This document shows, piece after piece, positions 25,741 through 37,823 of a DNA stretch of 64,000 bases. The DNA lies in contig OX638149.1 in the NCBI GenBank assembly GCA_951804945.1, positions 95,232,001 to 95,296,000 on the forward strand. The letters are read 5' to 3'. Source of the DNA: Podarcis cretensis (lineage: Eukaryota). The notes beneath the pieces are model-generated. The model was not told where the DNA came from. It was given only the letters and a program-made list of their open reading frames with translations, and ran no database searches. A program made the translations under genes and the position numbers. The first letter of the stretch is position 1. Each line of letters starts with the position of its first letter.

Positions 25741-27183
25741 TATACAGGAATCAAGTCTTATCTATCAGATAGTAAAGAGAATGCCACCGTAGAGCAGGTG
25801 TACATTCCTGCAACATGTATCCTCAAATCTCCCCCCCCCAACACACATATGGAAGTGGAGCCAATTCAGTAAGTGGGAATTATAAGAGCAGGCACAGGTT
25901 GAGATTCTGAATGCACACCCTCCCCACCCCTACCTAGCGATAGAGAAAAAAAGACTGGACTAAAATGCAATTCTCTGGCAGAAACAGCAGTTTCCCACCA
26001 AAGCCCAAGTAAGAGGTTAAAGCAATCAAGTTCTGAAAACTCTTCATTGACCTATCCCAATAAATGCTGACCACACAGGTACTAATGAGAGACATCCGGT
26101 TGTTATTAATTAGTAATGTCAAAAGGTTAGGGTGCATGACTCACAACGAAAAATAATGAAAAATAAACAGTGAAAAATCATGTTATTTATTCATTTGTTT
26201 GTTGAAAAACTGATGCCCTGCACTTCCAATGCATTTGCATCACTCATGGTGGCAGATGGTTATCTACGCACAGCATTTTGTGGGTGGTGTCACTGACGTC
26301 TCTTCTGGAGACTTCAATGCCTGAATTTGTGTGTGTATGTAATCAATGGTGACACATACATTATTGCTTTCTTTCCTGGATAATTTCCAGTACTGCTGGG
26401 ATTATTATTATTATTTTAAAGAGTTGTTCTGTCTTAGGTAGGACTCTGAAATAGGTAACTGCCTACATGGAATTGCTGTGGAAGAAATAAACAATTCATC
26501 ATGGAAATGGAAAGGTTGACAAAGGGCAGGAAATAGAGAGAATGGTGTCTGTTTCTTCCCACAGAGCTATTTCCCCTGCTAAGGTAGGGCAGCAAGATCA
26601 CCAGATTGGTTCTGCAGATTAACTCAGTTACAGCACAAAAGACCCAGCCAGGGTGGGGGGAATGCCATAATGAGAACCCACAGCAAAATGTTGCTTGGAT
26701 TAAAAAGCTTAGTGCCCTATACAACACCTCACTCCTGATTCTCCCTTCCCTTCCCCTACCTGTCACCCTGTTTCTAACTTCCTCTTCTGCAGTCCCTACT
26801 GTGTCTTTCATTTTATACTTCTCTCCTTTCTCCCCTTTGAGTTCCACTGTTTATGCTGCCATTTCCCCTCCCTCCACCTCTGCTCCTGTCCATTCTCTCT
26901 CACTTGATCACTCTGTTCTCCTCTGCCCCCAGCCCCACCCTCACCATCTCTTGTTCTTGGTCATTTTCATCCTACCTTCTCCTTACTGCTCTTTGCTGCC
27001 TCTGCTCTCACCCAACTCCTCTGTTGCCTTCTCTCACTCACTCTGTCATAAATTGTCTTTCACTACCTCCTACCTCCTGCTTTCTCCCTATTGCCCCCTC
27101 CTCGCTGTCATCCTTTGGGTTTCTTCTTTTCTCCACTCAGTTTCTCCTTCTGCTTCTTGCTTCTGTTGTCCTTCTTCTGTCAG

Positions 27184-27270
27184 GAGCCTGTGTGATGGTT
27201 TTTGAAAGCTTGCCATGCAAACCCTGACCCTACAGATTATGAGACAGCCAAAGAGCACAGCAAGATTAAC
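27184..27270 (+). pseudogene. Exon-like segment A: EPV*WFLKACHANPDPTDYETAKEHSKIN
   Basis: Follows a ~450-nt pyrimidine tract and CAG; 87 nt; one in-frame TGA; followed by ATATAC TGCATG instead of a GT donor. Confidence 0.35.
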
Positions 27271-27496
27271 ATATACTGCATGCTTGTGCAGTTGCATTCA
27301 AAACCTGGGGGGGGGGGAGAGAAGTGCCCCATCTGTGTTTGTTTCTCAACCCCACCCCCACCCCAATTTTTTGTGTTTCTATATTCCTCAAGATTCACCA
27401 AGCATGCAGATATCTTTCTCTTGCTCTTTTGTCAACCCATCTTGGCTACAAAGCTTGTTGAGGCTGACCTCCCATCTCTCACACTTTGTTCTACAG

Positions 27497-27637
27497 CATT
27501 ATTGTGGTGCCCCCTGCAGCATGGTGCCCAGTGCAGGTATCTGATGTGGTGGAGCGGCAATCACCCACCCCCAATGTGCTAGGGACTTGTACCATGTTTG
27601 GTCTCTGAAGCGTCACACCCATCCTGGGCTGTGGTGA
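27497..27637 (+). pseudogene. Exon-like segment B: HYCGAPCSMVPSAGI*CGGAAITHPQCARDLYHVWSLKRHTHPGLW*
   Basis: Branch point CTGAC 27464-27468, pyrimidine tract, ctacag acceptor; phase-0 frame with internal TGA at 27542. Confidence 0.35.
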
Positions 27638-30193
27638 AGTCACCAGGCATTGGCAGCCAATGGCTCCTGTCCACAGACTACCTTAGTGTTCATGTGCACA
27701 AAGCTGTTCAGAATTACTTGAGATATAAAATGAATGATTCTGCTTAGTAACTCATTGAGATTTTGGGGACTATGGACTGTAGGAAATATTGTAATAGGGT
27801 TCCCACCCCCCTTGCTTGAGGGACAAAAGTTGAGATTACAAACTTGAGGGCGACTTTTCAGTGACGGTAACATCCCATTTTATGTGTAGAACAAAATAAC
27901 TGATCATTTAGAAGTTATTTAGCAATATGGGGGTAAATCTGTTTGAGTAGTTTAGACTCCCCCCCCCCAAAAAAAAAGATATAACTATGATCCGGTTCAG
28001 CATCACTTGTTGAAATGAATCAAGTATTCCTCAGTTTCGTGAAGCATCCTGATATTTTGGTTTTGACTTATTCATGGGTATCTGTAAGCCACAGGTTGGC
28101 AACTCAGTTCCAAATCATCAGAGTTCCTTCCTTTCTTCCTGTTTGTTTCCTCCTTGCTTTTCTCTCTCTTTGTGTAGTTTTAGAGCAATTGAAAGTGATA
28201 GTATTTTATTTGATAAAAATAACTTGATTTTTAAAATTTAAAGCTCCTGGTTGTTTGGCTTAGAGTAAATAAGTTTTCCCCTAGTCATGCAGTTGGTAGG
28301 CTACTGTCCTGTGTGTTTGTAGCATACTAAAGTCAGAACAGAAATACTTCCTCTTGCTTTCCAAAAAAAAGGTGCATTGCACTTTAAGTGCATTGCACCT
28401 CTGTGCACCTATTTGAAAGTCACCCTATCAAACTAAATGAGGCTTACTTTTCAGTAAACCTGGGTGAGATTGTGAATTCTAACATGAGATGCACATTGTG
28501 AAAATTGAAGTAGGGTGGTCTCTTTCCATTTAGTTCATGAGAACACACAGAGTAATGATCCATAAGAAAATGGCTTAAATATACTTCAGAGCCTTAAACT
28601 ATTAAGTTTTAGCAGCAGGAACTTATTGGCTTATAGTTGGGAAGGCGGTGAGCAAGAAAGAACTCTGCCATTGCTTTAGATTGTTCATCATTTATAAAAG
28701 CAAACTGTCCAAAGCATGTGCTTGCAGTGTAAATTTTGATTACCCCATCTGCTTCTGAGCAGAGTTTAACCAGCAATTCCCATAACGCAACAATTATGAC
28801 TCCCCCCTCCCTTTCTGGGTCACCCACGTAAAGCTGTCCATGTGATTCCCCACCCCCATCCCTGGCAGGCTCTTGAATTGACTGTGATGCATAAAGGGGT
28901 CGATCGACAAAGCGGTTGCCTGGGTGGAAAGACACATACACAAATGAATCAAGAGCACAAAGATTTCATGTTTGCTTCCCACACTCAAGACTTTGAAAAA
29001 TATTCATTTTTCTGTCGCCACCTTTGGGGTTCTGCGCTGAAGGGGACAGGTAGGCGTTTTCAAATAGCAATAATTTGTGCTTCTGTGGCCTTTTGCATCT
29101 GCACCCAGGGAGCACTGCATATGTGAATCACAAGCAGGCTTTTCTTTTTCCTCCCCTCCCCCTTTCTATCCTTTAAAATATCTGAGCTATGCCCAATAGT
29201 TGTGGAGCTGGGAAGGGAATAAGGAAGCATGCTGAGTCCTCTTCTTCTGCTACTACTATCTTTCATCCAGTACAATGTCACCATAAGGTCAAGAGTGACA
29301 GCAAGAGGCTACCCTGCAGTAGGCTGCATGCTGACAGTGCCATGCAGAATCAATAGAGTAAGGGAGAGGCCAGGTGATGGAGAAGTTCACGCAGCAGAAG
29401 CAGGGCTAGGGGCAAAAGGTGCTATGGCAGTGAAGAACAGATGGACGAGATAAGTGGAAGCTGAATTGGATATTTAAATGTTACTTACCTTCTGTTCCAC
29501 CTTCCAGCCTCAGCTCATATACTCTGTCCAACCGTTGATCAGTTTTTAGAGTCTGTATCTGACACTGGGAATTCAAGATATGATTATCAATTAGTCTACT
29601 AGGAGTGGAGTTGCACTGCTGGCCCCATCTCATTCATTGGGCACGTTATTGGCCCTATGATGACCAAAAACCTTTGTTTTTATATTGCAAACTGCCCTGT
29701 GATCTTTGGATGATGAGCAGTAGAATGAATGAATGAATGAATGTTGTGGATGGCTGAAATGAAGAAGCCTATGGCTGAGCAGCTGCTTGCATTCAGACTT
29801 CGACAAAATTTGTAAGACTTTTTAGGAAGGCTTGGTACAAAGTTAGTTATAATGTAAGAGACTGCATGGATTTGCCTGCCCCCGTGCCCCCAACACCTCT
29901 TAATTGATTTTCAGGAAAGGATTCATTCTGTTTGCTCCTTAATGTTGTGACACGGTCGTCTTGTTACCATTGTCATGGCACCCTCTTCTGCCAGACACTT
30001 GTGTTGGGTTGCAAATAATCCACTATCACCTGTCCCTGGCCACTAAATTAGACCAGGCTTTGAACATAGCTCCTATTGTGAAGTTATATTTAATGTACAA
30101 ACCTACATGAACTTTAGAAGGGTTTTTGTAGACCATGAAATTAGCCTAGTCATATTGGCTGACAATCTTGGAATGTATGTTTGCCTTTTACAG

Positions 30194-30277
30194 GAAAATG
30201 CATCTTGGAACAATTTCAGAAATTGTGGGATACAGTACACCATATTCACACTTGGTTTAGTTTTTGCGCGCATTTGA
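30194..30277 (+). CDS. KALRN: Candidate alternative terminal exon (possible Kalirin-7 position): ENASWNNFRNCGIQYTIFTLGLVFARI*
   Basis: Branch-like CTGAC at 30159-30163; acceptor tttgccttttacag; phase-0 reading open to TGA 30275-30277; AATAAA downstream at 31306. Confidence 0.35.
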   Translation, partial: ENASWNNFRNCGIQYTIFTLGLVFARI

Positions 30278-31299
30278 TATTTTGTGTTAATTTATAGGCA
30301 AGATTAATGTGTGGTGTGTATATAAATGGTAAAGGAATCCTATCTTTTCAATATGCAGGAGCTGCTGAAAGATCTTCAGGTCACTTCTAACCCTGTGATT
30401 ATGCATGGCTTTAATCAAATTAATAAGACATTTATGTTTGACTAGTACAAATCATATGGTGTGCATTATTAGTGCTCTTCCACATAATCCAAAAGAGATG
30501 TTTGAAAGGTTGCCAGAGGACATCCTTCCCAAACTTCTCAACACACCCACAATTTATTATAACCAGGTCAGTTTTAAAAACAAAAACAACTCTCATACTT
30601 AATGTTGAATTAGGGGATAAACAGTGTGTTTTGAGAATAGCTGACTCTTAATATAGAGACAGTGAAATCTGAATTTCTGTTTTGAATTTGGGACTGTAGT
30701 TTGACAAAGCACCCTTAGAAACACTGTTTTATGTAAGAGCTTCACGCTGTAATCACTGAAAGATGCTCGAGACACAACTCTTATAGGCATCTGGTTCATT
30801 CTGAGCAAAGCTCTCTTATTTATGATTTGCTGCTTCTCAACCACACAATTGATATACACCTTCATTCTTGTAACCTTAAGCTACAGTTTAGCATTGCATT
30901 TAAATACAACCATAGAATAGACTGGACAGCCAAACAGCTTTTTTAAAGAATAATATTGAAATAGAGGAGTTAATCAGATTGTCACTGCCTTGTAGTTTGA
31001 GCCGTGTGAAAAAATCATTTTACAATCAATACCTTCATAAAATGTCTTTGTAGTGCAAACACCATAACTTTCAGCTAAACCTCATGTTAGTGAACTATTT
31101 GCTATTGCAGCTAATTGCTTATGCAATGTCTGTAAATCACAAGATGCTTCTGATGTACATGTGATCTCGCTGTAGGCAGAATGGCTGAATCTTCCAAAGC
31201 ATAAGGGAAGCCCAGTTACTGACATAAAAGTTGGCAGCCCATGCAAGTTGCAGAGGTGGTACAAAGTCTCTGTTCAGAATGACTGTGTGGTGCTAAATT

Positions 31300-31335
31300 G
31301 CAGGAAATAAACCATGTTGCAAACCTATAAAGCTT
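31300..31335 (+). promoter_or_regulatory. Candidate internal promoter (ETS-like CAGGAAAT 31301-31308, TATA box TATAAAG 31326-31332)
   Basis: Motifs lie about 120 nt upstream of the candidate first-exon ATG; a (GA)n run follows in the putative 5' UTR. Confidence 0.45.
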
Positions 31336-31448
31336 CATTGGAAAGTCAGACAGGCAAGGGGAGGGGAAAAGAGAGAGAGAGAGAGAGACAGAAACATTTT
31401 CAGTTTTGCCTTCAACCGCAAAGAGGCTGCAGCCAGCAAAGGAGCAGA

Positions 31449-31496
31449 ATGTTAAAGTGGATGAGTTCGAGGCAACCAAAACAGATCAAGAAGAGA
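31449..31496 (+). CDS. KALRN: Candidate alternative first coding exon of a short KALRN isoform: MLKWMSSRQPKQIKKR, spliced to the SH3 exon
   Basis: ATG at 31449; 16 codons; consensus donor AGA|gtgagt in phase 0, matching the SH3 exon; TATAAAG at 31326. Resembles a mammalian KALRN N-terminus I recall as MLKWISWRQSKANKAQ (unverified). Confidence 0.7.
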
Positions 31497-34400
31497 GTGA
31501 GTATGACCTGAACCCCTCCCTTTCCTATTACATCACATTAGGTCAAGGGGATAATAATAGTATAATCATGATCAGCTAGTAAAATGAACTATTCAAACCC
31601 AAGTCTGTAAAGGTACAAACAGTGTTCCAATTCAATTTCTAATTAGGAGAAGGAGTGTTCTCCCCTTTTGAAGAAGCCAGATTTTATTTTGCTACTTGAA
31701 TTAACAATTTAGGATGTAAATGTGTTGTACGAATTCATAGAGTGGGACTGGTATTTGTGTAAATATGGTGGACAATCATTTGTATAAATGCAGAAAAACA
31801 GCTCCATGTTATAGGGACATGGTCACTAACATAGTTACCATTCAGTCAAGATTTCTAGCAAATGGGTGAATAACTTGAAAAGATCAGAATAGACTTGTGG
31901 CAGAATAAACTTGCAAGCATTTTAAGTAGGTGTAAAGTTGAAATGGAAAGTGTAAATACTGTGATGTTATGTTTTGTCAGCTTATTAGAGGCTACCTAAG
32001 TGTTTAAGTGAGGACCTAAAAAAATAATTATCCATTTCTCTAGAATAAGCAGCTCCAGTCCACATATTCCTTTTTAATATACTTAATTGCTGTCAAAGAG
32101 AGTATCAAGGAAGTGCTTCCTCAGACCACCCATAAAAGGGGATAATGGGTGTGGTGAAATGTTGCAGACATTCCCTCTTTGCTGCTGAGCAAACTGCCCT
32201 GCTGGGGTTATTTGCAGTCCAGCATGTCTTTCATAAATGGGAGCACTTGTGGAAAGTTAACTAAAGGAGGAACGGTGTATGATCATGCAGTTAAAGGCTT
32301 CTTTTCTGTATTTTTTTGTACTTTTTTATTTTCGACACTCTTGTTGTTTTAAGTGCCCATTTAATATATGTCTTTCATTCTGTCCTTAAACATTGGTGTC
32401 ATGGAAATGAGTACTTTGTACTGATATCAATGACAATTATCTAATGGTTTGAGAGTAGGGGAAAACATAACTAATGTTGATTCCCAGCTAGCTCTGTCCA
32501 TTTCGAACTAGCTATGTGCATATGCCTGTTTTGGGTGAGGTTCATGTTTACACTGGCATTTTACAAGCCAAACCCTGATAACAATAGTGCATGCACATGA
32601 ACAACCTGGCCCAGGATGCCTATTTACTAGAAGCTAGTGTGTGTACCCTTTTCCCCTCAACAGCTCCACGCTGACACTGTAGTTTTTTTTATTGCTCACT
32701 CATTCATGCATAGAGCCTGTGGGTGCATTCAGACATGAGGATTATTGTGTTAGTTTTCCTGGTTATAATGCTAGTGCTTCTGTCCCAGTTTCTAACATTC
32801 AGCACCTCCACATGACACTAAATTCCATTCATAGCAGAAGGTGTGGTGTGACACAACAGCTCATATTATCCAACATGTTTCCATCCCCCACCTTTTATGT
32901 GTGTGTGAGCTTCTGTTCCCGCATGTTCCCCCTACAAAATTTTATGCTGGAACACCATCCCAAATCTTATCTCACAATTTTCCAGGTTAATTGGTTGGCC
33001 AACTGATTTTTTTCTGGAAGCCATTAACATGGAAATGTTAGCATTAATCTTCCACTAAAGTCCACTAGATTTACATAAGGGGCTTTTCTACTGTGTGAAA
33101 GATTGAAAATTATCAGGTAAAGAAACATTGGGAAAACAGAGTAAAGTGCTGTCTGAACACACCCTGCCTTACCTCTAGCCCGTTAAATAATATTTAGGAT
33201 TTGGCCACTGCTTATATAAGGCTGTTACACAAAAATAAAATATTGTTTTGGAAATATATATTTAACTTACTTTCCTCTTTCATTTTCTTCATTTTGACGC
33301 TTGCTTATAAAGTCCTTAAGGCAAGCAGGGCACTTAATAAATAACTTCAGGCATATATCCCCCGGTTAAGGAATGAGTTACTCTGGCAAATCATTTACAT
33401 CTGCTAAAACAGGGATATTATTGATAGAAAGTGACAGGTGAAAACACCAGGAAAGGTAATTTACAATATATATTATTTGCATGCTCTGCACTACAAATTT
33501 GATCAAAGTGCTAACAGTATTAACTTTGTAGTGACACACTGTTGCCTTAATCTTTTATCAAACAATTTTATAATTCTGTAACAGCTACTGTAACAGTAAC
33601 GGATACCATTATTAAACATTTCCACAAATCTCTCTTAAGACGCTAAAGAGAAGCTATTGTTTATTTGAAGATTCAAGGTTATCCCGAGAATATTATCGCA
33701 GGCCATGCAACTTTGTGTGAAAGCTTGGCTGATGAAAAGAATGGTTCAGATCATGCATTGAACCAATTTTTAACAAAGGTTTTACTCAGTGACCCCTTCT
33801 GGGGTTTTGGTTTTGGAACCTCTCTACTGTTTGAAGCATTTACAAGGTTTCTAGATAGGTGAGAAAACAAGCTGTGGGTCTAGCTTTAATTAAAGATTAT
33901 TTCATTGAAGAGTGACTCAGTGATCTCTTAGGGTAGGCTGCGAGGTGTGGAGCTAGGGAAAGGGAGACGAAAGGAGAGGCAACTAGGCTAACAAGCCGTT
34001 CTAATTGTACATTCTAATTGAACATTCGTATAAGTTTGGTAGGATTCATTAGCACTTGCTTCAGGTCAGATACGTTCACTGCTTTGTATGCTTCAGAGAT
34101 ACCGTGACTCCGAGGAGGTTTTCATATCAAAAGGGTCTCTTTCAGGCCACACAGAATCTAATAATAACTCATATGGCAAGAAGTGGCAGTGTATCCAGGA
34201 TTCTGCCTTCAGATCCCAGGGAGATGGACAATATTCTCATGACTTTGGCTTTTTATTTCCCTCCTGTCTGTAAGATGCATGTTCTTGTTACGATCGTTTT
34301 AGAAATAACGGATGTGATCGTTTCATTGTTACTTGTGCCTCAGTAAGAGCAAGTATAGCATAGTGGTTATGGTACTAAAATGAAAGTACTAGGAAGTATC

Positions 34401-35644
34401 TAGTTCAATCCTTATCTCTGTTAATGAGCTCACTAGATAGCACTAGTCTGTAAGCATATATGCACCTACCTTCAAGGAGCTTATTCCTGAGTAGACATAT
34501 ACGCTATCATTCCTCTAGTACTATGGAAAAACTTAAATATGATAGGTTTTATGATCCATTACCGTGATGTATTAGAATCAAAATAGCCTCAACAATTAAA
34601 AGGTCTGCCCTTAAAACTAGCAGCCCTAATATTACTTGACAAGTAAACATGATAGAGAAAAAGCATGTATATTTTACATATTACAAATAATATTTCCCCA
34701 TGGGGAGGGGAGATTTGAGGAATTTATTCAGCACAGTGGACCACTGGGGAAGCTTATCAAACAGTATACAATGAGGAAGGCATTTTTTGTAATATATAAA
34801 ATAAACAAGCTTTTTCCTCTTCCACACACCAACATCCTTTGATACAACCAGAGCATTGGTAAAGTACTAGTGCATAATATTCCAAACTCTTTGAGTCTAA
34901 GGAACATTATTTCCTATCCGAAGCACCCTTTAAAAAAAAGCCCACCCAACCTTCTATTGGGGGAAAAGGAGGGGGGATCACAATCCTGTATTCTGTGGAA
35001 ACAGAATTCTGAAATTTGATCTAGAAAGGCAAGTTCTTCCATTCTTTCCTAGATGTGGCACAGGGCTTTTTCGCTTGTTTTCCAGAGTCTTATGAACGGG
35101 CCATTTATTTCATGGCAGATTATTAAAGGGAGTCAATCAGAGGGTGAATAATATGTAACTAGGCTATCACCACCCCCTAAGCAAGCACATGATATTCACT
35201 GTCCTAAGCTTTAAAGCATACAGCTTGGACAGATAGTAGATCCTGGAATGGAATCCATTCTCAAATTTTACTTTTATGCTTATCATTCTTCTATATAATA
35301 TGGGCTTTTTCACATACTCCCCCATGAGTTACTATGACGACTGCCAGAACATAAAATAACAGCTTTCAGACAATATGGGAACTGCCTTACAAAGTGTTTC
35401 TGGCTCATAAGAGCTGAAGTGATTGAAGTGCTAAATTATTCATTGTTGTTCAAAGAGATTACCCACAGATTAATGAACTTTGAAAATTCAGGACTAGAAT
35501 AGACGCCCCAGAGAAGCACGGAGAAAATTTCCAAAAATGGTGGTAATCAAATAAAAATGTGTGCAGTAGATGTATTTGCTGTGTTAGCGATGCTGCTACA
35601 TGCTGAGTCTGGAGGTGTTGATGTACAAACCCACTGTAATAGCC

Positions 35645-35672
35645 GTGTGTGTGTGTGTGTGTGTGTGTGTGT
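35645..35672. repeat. (GT)n microsatellite
   Basis: Direct reading. Confidence 0.9.
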
Positions 35673-36816
35673 ACACGTGTTCGTGTGTTTATATATTTTT
35701 ATATAAAATGTACAGTGGAAAGCAATGCAGTGTGTAAAAGATTTCTTAATTATGTTCATTTTGAACATAATTAAACTGACAAATCTCCTTGATTCAGAGT
35801 TGTTCTCTTGGACATATTGTTCAGGGAATTTTGCTTTGTGAAGCAGGGGACATTCTCTGCTGAGGTTTGCTCTTCATGATAATTTTGACACAGAAGTGTG
35901 TTTGTCAAGATAAGGAGATGCAGACAAAACTCTTCCTTACAAGCTGGGTCACTATCCATCATTTTGTTTTATGAATATACTGCAAGTTGTGAGAAGAGTG
36001 TGGAGAGACCAGACATACGTACAAGTTGTTCAAATAGTTCCAGAGTTCTAGGAACTGAACACACTTCAATACAGGTTTGATTATTGATGCTATCCTTAGT
36101 TCTGGTGCTGTATAATTATTTGGAGACAATAATGTGCATATGGTGATTAAAAGAGAGGTGTATTATTTAGTGACCATCAGAAGAAATCTGCACTGGTCAT
36201 GGGGTCAGCAGAGATATTGCTTCCTCATCAATGAACCATAATAGACAACTGAGAAAATATATCTATTAATGTGTTATATCTTGTATAAAGCTGCCAAAGT
36301 TGCATCTGCCTTATATATATATATATTAAATCAACTTCCTGTTACCAAATTAGAAGCAACATGTATAGAAGGGGGGGAAACATGATTTATTAAAAGTATG
36401 ATGTTCTGGAAACCATATGCAGAGCATTAAGGATATGTATGTGCCGATGCAACCTGTTGGAAATCTGGTTCCAATTGACCTACCCAGCCATACAACAAAT
36501 GATTTGTATTGACTTTCATCATTAGAACAAAAAATGACATGTATTTACTAATAATAGAAGTTGCCAAGTCTTACCTCCTATCGTTGGTTGCTAGTAAAGT
36601 AAAGTTACTGCTGTTTATTTTGAGGAGGAAAGACTTTGGTTGCTCCTGAATTATTTTGCTGGCCTAATCACTCATTTATATTTTGTGACAGAGTGTTTTG
36701 TTTTTAGTCTTAGAAATTCAAAGAATAATAATTGAATTAGTTGTATGCAGCTGAATGCTTGACTGATTCACAACAGCACTGTGTAGAAGTTTAGAAAAAT
36801 ATTCTAAATAGACATA

Positions 36817-37331
36817 CAGTAGTACCTTGGTTCTCAAACGCCTTGGTACTCAAACAACTTGGAACCCAAACACTGCAAACCCAGAAGTAAGTGTTCTAGT
36901 TTGTGAACTTTTTTGGAAGCCAAACGTGCTCATTTTTGAGTGCCACGCTTCTGTTTTGAGTGCCACACTTCCATTTTGAGTGTTACACTGACGTCTGCCT
37001 GTTTTTGCTTTTTATTTTGTGTTTTTTGTTTTTGCAGCTCTTTTTTGTTTTGTTTTTGTGACTGTGTGGAACCCAGTTCAGCTACTGATTGATTGATTGT
37101 GTGACTGCAGTACATTGTTTATTGCTTTCATTTTATGGATCAATGGTCTCGTAAAGATGGTCTAGTAAAATTCATGTTAAATTGCTGTTTTATGGGTTGT
37201 TTTTGGAAGTCTGGAACGGGTTAATCCATTTTGCATTACTTTCTATGGGAAAGTGTGCCTTGGTTTTGGAACATTTTAGTTTTGGAATGGACTTCTGGAA
37301 CAGATAAAGTTTGAGAACCAAGGTACCACTG
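36817..37331. mobile_element. Tigger/pogo-like MITE
   Basis: 23-bp TIR cagtagtaccttggttctcaaac / gtttgagaaccaaggtaccactg; TA TSD. Confidence 0.85.
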
Positions 37332-37579
37332 TACTAAAACGCAGAGCTCTTTTACTATATATGGGATCAAGTTTCATTCTTTCTGTCCCTTCTCAGCTTC
37401 TTGCCCTTGGCCTCAACTTCCTGGAGCCTGCCCCACGCCCAGTAAAAATATTTCAGAGGGCAGGGCTTCAAAGATCAATGCGGACTTTTTGAACAAGGCT
37501 TGCACTGATCAATTCCAGAATGAGGAGCCCTCGCATGGCAAGAGTCATATCATTGCCAGACAATCCAGTGTGTACTATA

Positions 37580-37823
37580 CAGTGGTACCTCTGGATATGA
37601 ACGGGATCCGTTCCGGAGCCCTGTTCACACCCTGAAGCAAATGCAACCCGTGTCTGCGGGTCATGATTCGCCGTTTCCGCGCATGCACGTGACATCATTT
37701 TGACCATCTGCGCATGCACGAGCGGTGAAACCGGGAAGTAATGCATTCTGTTACTTCAGGGTCACCGCAGAGCGCAACCCGAAAGCGCTCAACCTGAAGC
37801 AACTTCAACCCGAGGTGTGACTG
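37580..37823. mobile_element. Tigger/pogo-like MITE
   Basis: TA|cagtggtacctc...gaggtgtgactg|TA; CpG-rich; related to the 24450 copy. Confidence 0.8.

Noticed and set aside
26606-27205. 199-aa ORF and overlapping ORFs
   Set aside because: By-product of the pyrimidine tract (Leu/Ser/Pro-rich, few possible stops); no domain.
27271-27278. ATATAC as a possible U12 AT-AC donor
   Set aside because: Does not match ATATCCTT, and no matching U12 branch or AC acceptor was identified.
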